A stretch of 64,000 nt of DNA, taken from the NCBI RefSeq assembly GCF_001194135.2, contig NC_068989.1, forward strand, positions 45,537,811 through 45,601,810, in the 5' to 3' direction. The DNA is from Octopus bimaculoides (taxonomy: Eukaryota). The notes beneath the pieces are model-generated. The model was not told the origin of the DNA. It saw only the letters and a program-made list of their open reading frames with translations, and made no database searches. Both the position numbers and the translations under genes were made by a program. Below, piece by piece: positions 12,218 to 26,074 of the stretch (the stretch's first letter is position 1; every line of letters starts with the position of its first letter).

Positions 12218-12578
12218 TACCATGTTTGAAAGCATAGATGAAAGTACATTTTCATACGACTAATCAAAATATATTTCGATGCACACACCAGCTGATGTAA
12301 TGCAGAAAGCAGACGATATTCTACATAGTGCTACTACATATGCTTTCAATTCTAAAATCATGCTAAAGGCGGCATATGCATGTGCTACGACAGCTTGAAA
12401 AACGTATAATGAAGTCAATTAGAAATATATATTTACATGTATATAGGAAGCTAACACACACAGATAAACCCACATTTACAGACATATATGCATATCTGTG
12501 TATCTATGTATCAATCAATCTATTTATCCATGTATCTATCTGTCTGTCTGTCTGTCTGTCGATCTAGCTATCTATCTG

Positions 12579-12616
<38 letters not shown>

Positions 12617-12625
12617 AGTCAGTCA

Positions 12626-12721
<96 letters not shown>

Positions 12722-12911
12722 ACATACACCTATATATATACATATACATATATTTATGTATAAGTATGTATGTATTTATGTATGTATGTACATATGTTTA
12801 TATGTATGTATGTACGTATGTATGTATGTATGTATGTATGTATGCATGCATGTATGTATGTATGTATGTATGTATGTATGTATGTATGTATGTATGTATG
12901 TATGTATGTAT
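12150..12911. repeat. Compound microsatellites (GATA)n, (TCTG)n/(TCTA)n, (TC)n, (TATG)n
   Basis: Directly visible; source of several spurious ORFs. Confidence 0.95.
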
Positions 12912-13355
12912 CAAGTAAATACTTTATATAACAATGCGAAATGTTTCCATGCAATGATGTGGGGAATAAACATTCTTTATTACAAAAATATTTAAAATTG
13001 TCTGAACTTAAAAATTTCTTTATCTTTCCAGAATCTTCGGCATAAAATATGCTGATAATAGAAGTTACATGTTAAAAGTAATTTGATGTATAAAAATTCA
13101 AAAATTTTGAAAATGTTCACATGCGAAGTAGAACGAATTTCAGCAATACTGTAAATGGGTTTTCTGTTATGCTTCATATAAACTTCTCTCTGTAGAAACA
13201 TATTCAATAAAAGAAACATAATATAAAGCAGTCTTAGATTTACGTGGTAAATAAGCAAAATTGCGTCAGCACAATTGCTGCATATGTAAATTTTTAAAAT
13301 TTGTAGGCATATGAAAGAACTAAATAACGCTAGGCAACGAATTGATGAGTATTAG

Positions 13356-13388
<33 letters not shown>

Positions 13389-13680
13389 NNNNNNNNNNNN
13401 NNNNNNNNNNNNNNNNNNNNNNNNNNNNNNNNNNNNNNNNNNNNNNNNNNNNNNNNNNNNNNNNNNNNNNNNNNNNNNNNNNNNNNNNNNNNNNNNNNNN
13501 NNNNNNNNNNNNNNNNNNNNNNNNNNNNNNNNNNNNNNNNNNNNNNNNNNNNNNNNNNNNNNNNNNNNNNNNNNNNNNNNNNNNNNNNNNNNNNNNNNNN
13601 NNNNNNNNNNNNNNNNNNNNNNNNNNNNNNNNNNNNNNNNNNNNNNNNNNNNNNNNNNNNNNNNNNNNNNNNNNNNNNNN

Positions 13681-13722
<42 letters not shown>

Positions 13723-14210
13723 CGTGTGTTGTAAAGAATATGCATTCTCTAATTTATTAAGTTGTCGTCTCACCTTTGTTATTTATGATATCTGTTTAAT
13801 ACATGCTTTTGCCTATATTTAAAGGTATTGTATACATATTGAATTCATATTGAAAACATATTGACTCATCATTGTCAATGGCTAGGATACTTTTATATGT
13901 TCAAAATATAATATCTCCGCATTCGCACTTGCACCCATGCATACACACATAGGTATTGTGTGATTTATTGAATAATTGATTATTTGATTGATTGATTGAT
14001 TGTGTAACAAGTTGACTTAGCTCCCGTTGTTACATAAAATTTCATGGATATGAGCAAATACTACCAGCTTCTCAAACGTTCGGATACAAAGCGGAAAAAA
14101 AAGATGGCTACTAGCTATTTGTATTTTGTTCTTGGTATTCAAGTACATATATGCTTACATATATGTTCTGTTCTTGGTATTCAAGTACATATATGCTTAC
14201 TAATCTATTC

Positions 14211-15421
14211 TTAGGTCATCAAAGTTTGCCAATGTTTTATAAGTACAAGGAATAGTTTTATTCATCAAAGTATGCACCCATATTGTCAATACACATTTGC
14301 CATTGCAGCGGTAGTTTGTCCATCTCTGAACTGTAAGAGAGCTTGGCAATCTAGAGACAATAAAGTCTGGAAAGGCCTGTTTTACAGTGTCGTCGGATTT
14401 AAGTTTTGTTTTCCTATCAAAATGTTATCCAAATTCTGGAAGAAGCGGTAGTCAGTGGGGGCAGGATCAGGTGAGTATGGTGAAGATGGAGAACTTCCAA
14501 CTCCAACTCCTGTAGTTTCGCCAATGTCATTTTTGCGATGTGTGGTCTGGTGTTGTCTTGCAATAAAACAGGAGTGGATCTGTTGACTAATCTAAGCTGT
14601 TTTCTTTTTTTTTTTTGTAAGTACCTGCATCATTCGGTCCAGTCGACTGCAACATACTTCGGCCGTGATTGATGAGCTAGGTTTAAAGAAATCATAATGG
14701 ATCACACCTGCGCCAGACCACAAAACACACACTATCAGCTTCTTTTGAAGAATTTTGCTTCTTGGACTGTGTTTTGGTGGCTCGTCTTTGTCCAACCATT
14801 GTACTGAACGTTTACGGCTGTTGTAGTGGATTCATTTCCCATCACATGTTAAAATTCGATTCATTTCTCATCACATGTTACAATTCGATTCAAAAATGAT
14901 TCATTTTGTAACGAAAAAGTAGCTTCCAAACTTTGCTGTTTCTGATTTTCATTGAGTTCATGTGGAACCCACTTATCCAAACTTTTCACTTTACCGATTT
15001 GAACTAGATGAGTCAGTATTGTTTGCTTACTAACATCAAGCAACAACAATAATTCACGGGCACTTTGAGATGGATCTGACTCGACAGTGGCTTTCAGTTC
15101 GTCATTATCCACCTTTGTTTCTAGTCGACCGCGTTGCTCATTTGTGAGGTCAAAGTTACCAGAACGAAATTTTGCAAACCAATTTGATACTGTCTGCTGT
15201 GTAATAACATTAGAATGATATTCTCCATTAATATTCCGAGCTGTCTATGATGCTGTATTTCCAAGAAAGAACTCATATTTCAAAACTGTACGAATTTCCA
15301 ATTTATCCATTTCTAAACAAAAATAGCAAAAGACGATTTATAAATACTTTATAAAGTGCAAATGAGCAGCTGCCAAAGTTTACCATATACCTTACTACAA
15401 ATTTCATACTTGACGACCTAA
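14211..15421 (-). mobile_element. Near full-length, inactivated mariner (DD34D-type) transposon
   Basis: Transposase relic from ATG 15310 (MDKLEIRTVFEYEF...WFAKFRSGNFDL...WVPHEL...RIVTCDEK...QDNTRPH...YSPDPAPTDY...WQMCIDNMGAYFDE*, stop 14258). Termini ttaggtcatcaa (14211) and ttgacgacctaa-TA (15421) are imperfect inverted repeats. Multiple stops and frameshifts. Confidence 0.9.
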
Positions 15422-16129
15422 TACAAGTCTCTTTGAGAGAAGGGTTTCTCTTATGATGTATTTTCTGAAAATAGGAGGTTATACGAAATATTACCAATCA
15501 ATACATGCCAGTTTGAAATTGGATCTTGTTCAATATTGAAGAAGCTTATATAATTGAATTTTAATTTTGTCAGTAAAAAATTTCGATTCTCAGTTTATTT
15601 CTTACCTGTCGATTTTAGACAATGCGATGCAATTTTATGATCTTCACATATATGGACGAATGTATCTATCTATACACATAAATATATCATTTACATTTTC
15701 ATTTACTAATAAATGACATCAGTGTCCTAAATATATTGTAGAATTTATATTTCTCCGAATGTATTTCTTAAATCATTCCATTTCTCCTAAGACTCACAAA
15801 TACTAACGCGTAATGCTATTGTACTCTTGTTCTTGTGATATTCGGCAAAAAAATATAAAGTAAATGATGCAGCCAATAGGCCGTTATTGTCTATCAAGAC
15901 AGATATATATAATGTACGAACATATTGAGATTTATATCCTCCTACGTTGTAAGGTTATTAACCAAGGTCTTTTCTTCAAGGGGTGGCGATCTTTGGTAGT
16001 TCTTTCTGCTGTAGTACAGTACAAGTGCTTGTCATACATTTCTGGTCCTGCTGGATTTTCCGTTACTAAGTGATATTGGTCTGACAATTTTCTCATTTTT
16101 TCTTCATTTTTCTTGTACCTTTGTCATAG

Positions 16130-18450
16130 CAGTTATCTCATGCCAAAGGATACACAAGCGCAAAATATGATGTGCCATTTGAATATGATTTAATCGATTG
16201 TATTATTCATGCTCTGCATATCATCAATGTTTACGAGCAAGAATCCCACTGCGAACATGTTGTAAATATTTCTAATGGTACTTGTTTCTGACTGGCGATG
16301 CACTGATGTGGAGAGTGATGCGTGCGATATATATACAGGCACTGTTTGTTTGCTGTTCTACCTTCATTGGCGGAACTTGTTCATACTATCAAAATGCATA
16401 TACCATTCTCCTTATTTTTGAATGCAATCGCAACAGAGGCACGAAACAAACCGAGCGAGGATATAGATTATACATTTTTCCAAAAATTAAGGTCACCACA
16501 CATCAGATTGCCTGCCGATTATAACTTTTTTTTTCAGAACTCTTGGATTATTTTCAAAACTATTTTTGATATAGGTGTAATTTCTCGAAATAAAATAAAA
16601 GCATTAAACAACCTATGACGAGTGACACAGTATATTCTGTTCCTCTTTATTTATTGGCATTGTTTTAGAAACTTTAATTAATTTCTCAACTGCACTGTCT
16701 AAACATATTTATAGTGTTAATAATTTTAATTCAGGATGGTTCTGTTCTGATCTCAGAGGCAACCATTAAACAGTAAGTACCTCATGCTTGTCTGCTTTAT
16801 GTCTGACACGCTTCGAAGTAGCTGAATGTTGTTACTTTTCTCTTTCATTGCAGAAACTGATGGTTGGTTATATAAGCAGTCAAAATGCATTGAATTCAAA
16901 ACCAGTTGATTTTAATGTATTCTGTATCATTGATTACAACAAATGATCCTCATTTTCAGCATTAGTTGAAGTGTTTTAGTTTCAGAGCTGTACTGCTTTT
17001 CAATGATTTTTCTCATCAAAGATATAGCTTAACGAGCCTTTAAGAAAATAACACCATTTCCTGTATTGGGAGACCAATATATTGATTCTTATAGATTTTT
17101 GATTGCTAATTACAAAGAAGATAACATTAATGTTTGTAAACCGGCTACAGCTTGGGAGATACACAATTTATGTAACTTTGGAATTTTTTCGAACTATATA
17201 GAAATGTTATCGTCACAAATAGAATTTTGATCTTACCAATGACATGCAACACGACCAAATTAATTAAATTTAAAAAAAAAATTTTTTTTTAGAAAAATGT
17301 TTTACAATGAATATATTTCATATAGATTTTGATAAAGACCTTGGTTCCTATTTCAGCGGTTGTTTTGACTGTCTCTCATAAAATAGGTCAGACACTTGTT
17401 TGTGTGGATTCCAACAATTCTTCGCCATGGCTGATAACTATTTGCGATGATATCATTTAGTTACAATGTTCTGGTGAAATTATTTACCTTGTTCATCACC
17501 CAGGTGAAGAAGAAAAGACTCAAGAATCGAGAAAATCTATCTTCAGGAGTGTGCTGAAATTACAGGCCCGATTTTGATCTTCAGCCAAAGTTTATTTATT
17601 TTAAGTTTGTTAATTACCATTAAAATTATTTGTAGCCATTTTAAAACGTTCCGTCTCTAATATTATCAAATACGCTAAAATTGAAGGCGCGACTGGTGTT
17701 ACTAATTTCAGAAAAAGTGTCGACATATATGTTTTAGGGAAAATTGGTATGTTTGAAATTAGCGCCCTCACTATGAACTAGAAATGGCGTATCTTCTGGG
17801 GTATGGAACGTTTATTGTGATCGGGATTTGTAGACTAAATATTAGAACAAACGAGGGTATGTTGTCATGATAAGCAAAAGTCAATACTGAATTTGATTCA
17901 GCAGTCTAAAACCAAAATCAATTTACAGATATAAATTACTAATGGTGTCACCTAGTAAAATTATCTGAAGCCTTTGTAGTCCTAAGCCAGTAACCTTAGA
18001 TTACATACAACTTACTCAAAAGTGACACGTTCGGAAGTACCAATCTTAATGAACTCGTTTTACCGATGTTCCATGACTGGATCGGTGAATGGTCAAATGT
18101 TATAAGCGCAGAAGATTTACAGACAAGTGTCGCAGTAAAAATAGAAATGCTCACTGGTTCTGTCAGACATTTACACGACTTTGAAAAATGTCACTTTGTC
18201 TTAAAGTTAAAACATGACGTAATTGAAAGCTTTTAATGCAATGGTATCGTGGGAGATACCTGCAGCAATAACCTTTGATACCAATAGTATACCACTGCAC
18301 TCGTCAAAATTCTGTTACAGATCTCATCTCAGACAGATAAAACAGCTTCTTCTATAACAATTTAGACGTAGACTAAGGCACCAATTTTTAAAATAAAGAG
18401 TAGAGACAGAAACATTCGTGTGACTGTTTTCAAAGAACGAAACTGATCCA
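16130..18450 (+). pseudogene. Unidentified decayed multi-exon gene (host pseudogene or intron-containing transposon gene)
   Basis: Microsatellite-free segment with long near-open plus-strand frames: 16130-16618 (3 internal TGA), 17042-17230, 17326-17577 (1 TAG), 17931-18236 (3 early stops). Splice-like signals: pyrimidine tract+AG at 16129, GTAAGT 16773/TTGCAG 16853, TTTTAG 17737, phase-consistent GTATGT 17857/TTTACAG 17928. No family recognised. Confidence 0.4.
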
Positions 18451-18654
18451 CTACTAAAATCAAATATACAATTTTCTTTTTCAGCAGCTTGATTGGTACA
18501 GGTGCGAATAACTTTGGTTATAAATAAATCACGAATATGATCTATATCTGCATATACATATACACATTCCTACATACGCACGCACGCAAACACACGTGCA
18601 CATACGCACACACACGCACACGCGTGCGTGCACACACAGACACACACAAAAAAC

Positions 18655-18712
18655 AAGAAGAGGACAAATATCCGTCAATTGTAAATAATGTAAATAATGT
18701 ATATGCAAAGAT
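18655..18712 (+). mobile_element. Fragment of the Penelope-like terminal-repeat tail
   Basis: aagaagaggacaaatatccgtcaattgtaaataatgtaaataatgta matches 46983-47008 and the reverse complement of about 45320-45372. Confidence 0.7.
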
Positions 18713-18790
18713 GTTTATATATGTACATACATAGCGATAAATAGATATACCTATACGTTCTTCACACAGACATATAAACACACATATATA

Positions 18791-19008
18791 CGAGGGAGTG
18801 CTGAAAAGTTTCTGGCTGTAAGGGTATCACGAAAGGCCTGTTTGGAGACCCAACCTTCCAAGTTCTTTTTACAGGGGTTAGAAAATATGAAGTACCGCTG
18901 CAATAAGTGTGTAAATCTGAGAGGGGAATATGTTGCATAGAATCATGATTAACTGATCCCCCTGTATTTTCTTTTACCCAAAGCCAAGAACTTTTCAGCA
19001 CCCCCTTG
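18791..19008 (+). mobile_element. Mariner-derived MITE / internal deletion derivative (218 bp)
   Basis: TA-cgagggagtgctgaaaagtttctggct ... agccaagaacttttcagcacccccttg-TA: about 27-bp imperfect TIRs with TA flanks. Interior retains a transposase C-terminus GLENMKYRCNKCVNLRGEYVA*. Confidence 0.85.
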
Positions 19009-19454
19009 TATAATAGTATATCTGAGAGAACTGAACAGAGTGAGGTGAAGAGAGAATGAAAGCAAATGAAACGTATATAGCTGTGGATGGCTCTATTCGT
19101 CTGGATATTTATGCATCTATGTAGTTATGCATAAAACCATGTATGCGCATGTGAATAACTTATAGCGACCTACACTACTGACATATAGCAGGTGGATATC
19201 AATAAAATGAATATTTACGTTGTTATACAACACATAAAGTAGAATATGAAAAATGCTATTTTGAATTTTGAGCAAGCATAAATTTTAGTTGACTGCCCTC
19301 ACTTAAAAGATTTTATTTACGTTTTTATCGTTCTCCAGCCCTACGAGAGTGCCGAAACTGAGTTTAATAAGCCCCTTGAATATTTGCTGCTTGTATATAT
19401 GTATATACAATCACACGTACTTATATGCATATACATATCTTTTATTTTTTAACT

Positions 19455-19750
19455 GTCATTTCTTTCTGTCATTGGACTGCGGCCATGCTGGAGCACTGTC
19501 TTTAAGAATACATTGTCGAACGAATCGACCCCGGTATTTATTTCTTTTTAGCCTGATTCACAGCGACGGAAACACACCAACAAACATATACATACACATA
19601 AATATGTACATATATATAGCGGGTTTCTTTTAGTGTCCGTCTACCAAATCCACTCAGAATGCTTTGGTCGGCCCATGACTACAGTAGAAGATAGCTGCCT
19701 AAGGTGCCATGCAGTGGTACAAACCATATGGCTGCGAAGCAAACTGCCCC
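19455..19750 (-). mobile_element. SINE family B copy (tRNA-like head, internal microsatellite)
   Basis: gactgcggccatgctggagcac...ccgtctaccaaatccactc...gctttggtcggccc...aaggtgccatgcagtgg; matches 63640-63980. Confidence 0.75.
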
Positions 19751-20012
19751 GTCTGTGCATATATAAACATAATGATATGCTTACATATATTAATACTCAG
19801 AGATCCATACATAATTACACACACAAGCACACCCAAATATATATATATATATANNNNNNNNNNNNNNNNNNNNNNNNNNNNNNNNNNNNNNNNNNNNNNN
19901 NNNNNNNNNNNNNNNNNNNNNNNNNNNNNNNNNNNNNNNNNNNNNNNNNNNNNNNNNNNNATATATTGGGAAAAAAAATATATATATAGGAAAAATTGAA
20001 AAAGGAGACCAG

Positions 20013-20240
20013 TGCCTTGTGAGTGAATTTGGTGGACGGAAAATGTGAGGGAACTCTTCACATATATGTGTACACCTGTTTGTGTATTTGTGTTTGCGAT
20101 TCCCCAATGGTTGACAAAAGATGGTGTTTTCTTTGCGCTCCCGTTACTTAGCGTTTCGACAAAAAGACCGATAAAATAATTACTAGCCTTATAGATACAT
20201 GTACTCGGGTCGATTTGCTCAACTAATCTTTCAGGCTGTA
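20013..20240 (+). mobile_element. SINE family B partial copy
   Basis: gccttgtgagtgaatttggtggacggaaa...gaccgataaaataattactagcc...gggtcgatttgctcaactaa. Confidence 0.65.
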
Positions 20241-21519
20241 AGGATACAGTCCGATCATTGAGAGAAAAGTTCAAAGAAGATACGTATAATGTTTTCAGGT
20301 CTTTATGATAAAAGATATGTTGGTAGAGAGTAATTATTAATATTTACAAATCAATATGCTGAATTCAGACATTCGACTTTGTCCTTACACTGAGGGCTTC
20401 TTTCAAAAAGCCTATCTTGCTCTATTATCATTTTATTTTTACAAATTATGCGATCACTTATAAAGTTTCGTCAGCAAATCATAATAAAATTTCAACTTTA
20501 TTTTCACCAATGCGTTTATTTTATCTTAGTGTAAAATTATTTTCAAAAGGGATCAGTGTTGTTTATAACCATAGCATTTTTTTTAAAACGGTGTTTCAGA
20601 TATATTTCTTTCTCGAGAAGATATAAGACACTATTGGTATATAAGGGTTAAGAACTCACAATACCAGTCATCAATCTATAATAATCAATTGTCATTAATC
20701 CGTATTGACGAACTGTAATCGTCATTAAGACACTTCCTTAATGAAGGTCTGTAATCGTCCTGGAGAAAAGTTTTCATTCAGATGAATACAATAGTTTGTA
20801 ATTACAAACAAATAATTATCTTGCTCATTTGTCTCAAAATAACATTCCTGAAAATGTCTAATTCTGAAACTAGTCATTGCTATATATATAAACAATAGCA
20901 AAAGCTAGAAATATAAGAGCATGCAATGTTAAATTCAAAGCCATATATATGGAATATAGTACATATCACATGAAAACCCCTCTTTCCATTTTTTGTTCTC
21001 ATTCAAATATCAATTGTTATACGCTATAATTTATATATCGAGCGTGGTGCATGTTTGCCACAAAATAGAAACAAAATAAAACACGAGTGAACTTCCCTTG
21101 TTTGATGAACCCTTCACTAATGGGAAGAATTCTTTATCTGTTGATTTCTACCGTACTGTCTAGCCATGACGTATAGTGTGCTTCACTGAAATATGACACG
21201 ATATCTAAATAGATTTGCGCGTGCGCGTGCGCGCGTGTGTACATGTATGTACCAAGTATGTAATTTATACCTAGCAATATTTTTCATGCTAAACTTTGAC
21301 GTGAAGTGCCTCAGCAGATATTTTAGCGGTCATTGTGTTCACAATATACTAAAACTTAAAAAATTTTAACTGCATTTGTCTGATTGCAGATGGTCTGATT
21401 GGAAAATACGGTTTGGGGTAATAACGTAACTTCGCCAGCAATTGAAATACACTATCTGGCTTGTTATTGCGAACTTGGGTTTAAAGCCATCGATTCATCA
21501 ATACATAATACATACATAT

Positions 21520-21597
<78 letters not shown>

Positions 21598-23766
21598 TAG
21601 GTTGTAGGATTGACTTTGCTTATTTCATTTGTTTATTTTGATCACTTTTACATATGATTGTAATTAATCAATAAATAGATATAAATGAATGTTTACAAGC
21701 TGATGTTTGTCGATTGATTATCCTCTCCCTTTTCTTATTTGCCTTTTAAATTCTGGATAAATTTCTGTTTTACCTCCACTCATACCTATTATTCAATTAC
21801 GATACTGCCCTGCAATACCAAGCACTTGGATATAAATACGTAGGTATCCATCCAGTAGTATATTGGATATTTATTATCCCTTAGTTGGTTGCTTAATCTC
21901 TAACTCATATAGACATATATATACACACATATAAACATACGTATAGTAGTATATTTATGAATATATGTATAATTTTTTATAAATTTTTATACATACGAAT
22001 ATATATAAGTTGGTAGGTATCTATCTATCTATATATATATATATATATATATATATNNNNNNNNNNNNNNNNNNNNNNNNNNNNNNNNNNNNNNNNNNNN
22101 NNNNNNNNNNNNNNNNNNNNNNNNNNNNNNNNNNNNNNNNNNNNNNNNNNNNNNNNNNNNNNNNNNNNNNNNNNNNNNNNNNNNNNNNNNNNNNNNNNNN
22201 NNNNNNNNNNNNNNNNNNNNNNNNNNNNNNNNNNNNNNNNNNNNNNNNNNNNNNNNNNNNNNNNNNNNNNNNNNNNNNNNNNNNNNNNNNNNNNNNNNNN
22301 NNNNNNNNNNNNNNNNNNNNNNNNNNNNNNNNNNNNNNNNNNNNNNNNNNNNNNNNNNNNNNNNNNNNNNNNNNNNNNNNNNNNNNNNNNNNNNNNNNNN
22401 NNNNNNNNNNNNNNNNNNNNNNNNNNNNNNNNNNNNNNNNNNNNNNNNNNNNNNNNNNNNNNNNNNNNNNNNNNNNNNNNNNNNNNNNNNNNNNNNNNNN
22501 NNNNNNNNNNNNNNNNNNNNNNNNNNNNNNNNNNNNNNNNNNNNNATGTGTGCACAAAGATATAATTCGGTTTAGTCATTGACAAAACAAGGAAACTTCA
22601 TGCAGTCGGTAGTGTATTGGAAAAGGTCTGAAAAACATTTCCGAATGAATTGTGCATTTGTTGTAATATTCAAAGAAAATTACCAGACACCTATAAGAAA
22701 TTATTAACACTTCTCAATGAAAACCCCAAGAACTTTAAGAATTAAGTTTTTAATTATTAATTGTTGAATGTTACTTTTGAATAAAATTGAGTTTCAGTTT
22801 TTTAATGTGGCAATGCGATCTTTCTTAGATAGTAATGTCACATTTAGGTCACATTAGATCTCATCAGAGAGGTACATTTTCCTTAATTTTAACTAGAGCA
22901 AAATGGAGTGACAAAATGTTCTACCATTAGAACTTGCATAATTACTGCGCAATGTAAACAATTTAATTGTGCCAATGGTAAAAATAGATGAAAATAGATG
23001 AAAATAGATGAGCTTCGATGAAAATTCTTCGTTGCCCGCCTTAATGCAACAACCATGTTGAGGACAAGTATTATTGAGAAAACTGAGTAGAAGTTTTTAT
23101 AAGTGGAAAAATAATTGTGAAGAACTTAGATCAGTATAATTTGTACAATCAGAAAAGATGGCTCAAGGGAGATAATCCAGAATGGTAGCTGGTATTGTGT
23201 GTTTGTTTCTTTGTTTGCATGTGCCGGTGCCTTGGCGTACGTGCGCCTGTGTGTTCGCGGGCGTGCGCATGGTTGTTCTTTCATTGCAGTTTTCCTTAAT
23301 AATGTAAAACGTATCAAGTCCCAGTTAATATTACGAAAGCTGCATGTCTAAAAAGTTATAAACAGTGCAAAACATCTTCCATCAGTTGATTTACATTAGA
23401 ATCAGATGTGTCACATAAGTTTAAAAACTCATCAAAAATATTACAACTGGAGACATACACATTCACAATGCAAAAAAGACAAAAAACAAAGAAAAATGTA
23501 CAAAATGTGAACATTCAAATCTGTAGACGATCCTGCAACATCGGCGAGCAGGTGATGGCTGAAAGAAACTTAAAGAAGGAAATTGAGGACAACAGCAAAC
23601 AATTGAACTGGAATACTCGTCTATAAATTTAAATTGTTTTACAGTGTTAGTTGAGAATTTTGTCAGATCCTTGTCACACGACAGTTAAAGCAGATTTATC
23701 TTGCTGTGACAAATATCGTACAAATAACATACAAACTATCCACGGGGCACCAGTTTNNNNNNNNNN

Positions 23767-23813
<47 letters not shown>

Positions 23814-24203
23814 AAATAGACACATATACACATACATAAACGCATACATAAGCGTAAATGATATATTGAAATATATATAAATATGTAGCTGTAGTCAGGT
23901 ATATTGATAAAGATATATATTCATGTATGTAAAGCTATTAACGTGAATGCGTCTCCAAATACAGCATCATTGAATCTTTCTCCCTCGCTCGTGCACACTC
24001 CTTCCCTCTCACTCTCATTCATACCCATCTTTCTCTCTCTTTTTTTACACACACACACGCAACCATATCTATGTATATATATATAATAATAATATTAGGG
24101 ACAAAATCCAAAATTACAGGTAAAAAACTCAATTAAAATCAATTTATAAAAAATTAAAATTAAATTGAGCCTTATAGATAAAGTATATATAAAATATATA
24201 GTT

Positions 24204-24332
24204 TTAGGGAAAATAACCAATTTTCAAGAACTCAATATTATACTCATTTATTGTGCTTTTAATTATGAATTTTTCTATATGTGATAGTGGATTTTCATCG
24301 ATGAGTTTTTGAAAATTGGTTATTTTCCCTAA
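24204..24332. repeat. 31-bp inverted repeat (30/31 identity) with 67-bp spacer
   Basis: ttagggaaaataaccaattttcaagaactca (24204-24234) and tgagtttttgaaaattggttattttccctaa (24302-24332); abuts an N-gap. Confidence 0.9.
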
Positions 24333-24677
24333 NNNNNNNNNNNNNNNNNNNNNNNNNNNNNNNNNNNNNNNNNNNNNNNNNNNNNNNNNNNNNNNNNNNN
24401 NNNNNNNNNNNNNNNNNNNNNNNNNNNNNNNNNNNNNNNNNNNNNNNNNNNNNNNNNNNNNNNNNNNNNNNNNNNNNNNNNNNNNNNNNNNNNNNNNNNN
24501 NNNNNNNNNNNNNNNNNNNNNNNNNNNNNNNNNNNNNNNNNNNNNNNNNNNNNNNNNNNNNNNNNNNNNNNNNNNNNNNNNNNNNNNNNNNNNNNNNNNN
24601 NNNNNNNNNNNNNNNNNNNNNNNNNNNNNNNNNNNNNNNNNNNNNNNNNNNNNNNNNNNNNNNNNNNNNNNNNNNNN

Positions 24678-24762
<85 letters not shown>

Positions 24763-25364
24763 GCTTGTGAATGTGTATGTACTTGCACTTGGGATAGTTT
24801 ACCAAAAAACCCTAGTTTAAAAATCTTTGGGGCTATGAAGACATAAATTTTGTCTTTAATTAATTGGTTGACAACTATCAACCCTCCTGTACATACATAC
24901 GCGCATACATACATACATACATACATACATACGTACATACACACATACATACATGTACGCACACATACATTCATGCATACATACATGCATATGTGTGTGA
25001 GTGTGAACGTGCATACACACATATAACAAGCTATGTGTATGTACGAGATAAATGCCTATATGATTAACTCTGTAAAATGCTTAGGAATAATAAATAACAC
25101 CACACGTACATATACTTCAATTACGTATCCTATACACATAGCTACTTTGCAACATAAAACTCAGGCGTGTGAGGTAAGGATGTAGAACTACGTAACTAAA
25201 AACCAATTATAATACAACTGACAATATGTAGCCTTGCAGGTGCTTCCACTATTTCCTGTTTGTTAGCTGTATGACACTAGTTACATCTAGATGAAAATGC
25301 TCTAATTTTAATTCTACAATGGCCCGACAAAAAAAGAAGAAAAAACAATTATCTGATTTTGCAT

Positions 25365-25560
25365 ATTTTATTTTACTTGTTTTGAGGCTGGATCACCGCC
25401 TCAAAAAATGTTTGTCGAATGAATCGACCTGAAGACTTATCTTTTAAAGCCTCGTACTCATACAGTCGGTCACTTCGCTGAGCCAGTAAGTTACGGAGAT
25501 GTAAACAAATCAGCACTGGTTGTTAAGCGATAATGGAAGACAAACACAGACACACATACA
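25365..25560 (-). mobile_element. SINE family B 3' half (5' half at 26598-26762)
   Basis: ttttacttg...ggatcaccgcct...gtcgaatgaatcgacc...agttacggagatgtaaac...gacaaacacagac. Confidence 0.65.
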
Positions 25561-26074
25561 GACACACACAGACACACATACACACACACACACACACACA
25601 CAAACACACCCACACACAATCACAGACAGATGTGTATATATATATATATATGTGTATATGTATATGTATATATATATNNNNNNNNNNNNNNNNNNNNNNN
25701 NNNNNNNNNNNNNNNNNNNNNNNNNNNNNNNNNNNNNNNNNNNNNNNNNNNNNNNNNNNNNNNNNNNNNNNNNNNNNNNNNNNNNNNNNNNNNNNNNNNN
25801 NNNNNNNNNNNNNNNNNNNNNNNNNNNNNNNNNNNNNNNNNNNNNNNNNNNNNNNNNNNNNNNNNNNNNNNNNNNNNNNNNNNNNNNNNNNNNNNNNNNN
25901 NNNNNNNNNNNNNNNNNNNNNNNNNNNNNNNNNNNNNNNNNNNNNNNNNNNNNNNNNNNNNNNNNNNNNNNNNNNNNNNNNNNNNNNNNNNNNNNNNNNN
26001 NNNNNNNNNNNNNNNNNNNNNNNNNNNNNNNNNNNNNNNNNNNNNNNNNNNNNNNNNNTATACATATATACATT

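Noticed and set aside
15950-16480. Minus-strand MULE-transposase-like words (DDMQSMNNTID, YIAR)
   Set aside because: Matches are very short, and the plus strand over the same bases has a much longer near-open frame with a strong splice acceptor.
21390-21417. 28-nt micro-exon candidate (TTGCAG / GTAATA)
   Set aside because: No partner exons or recognisable peptide; such signals arise by chance.
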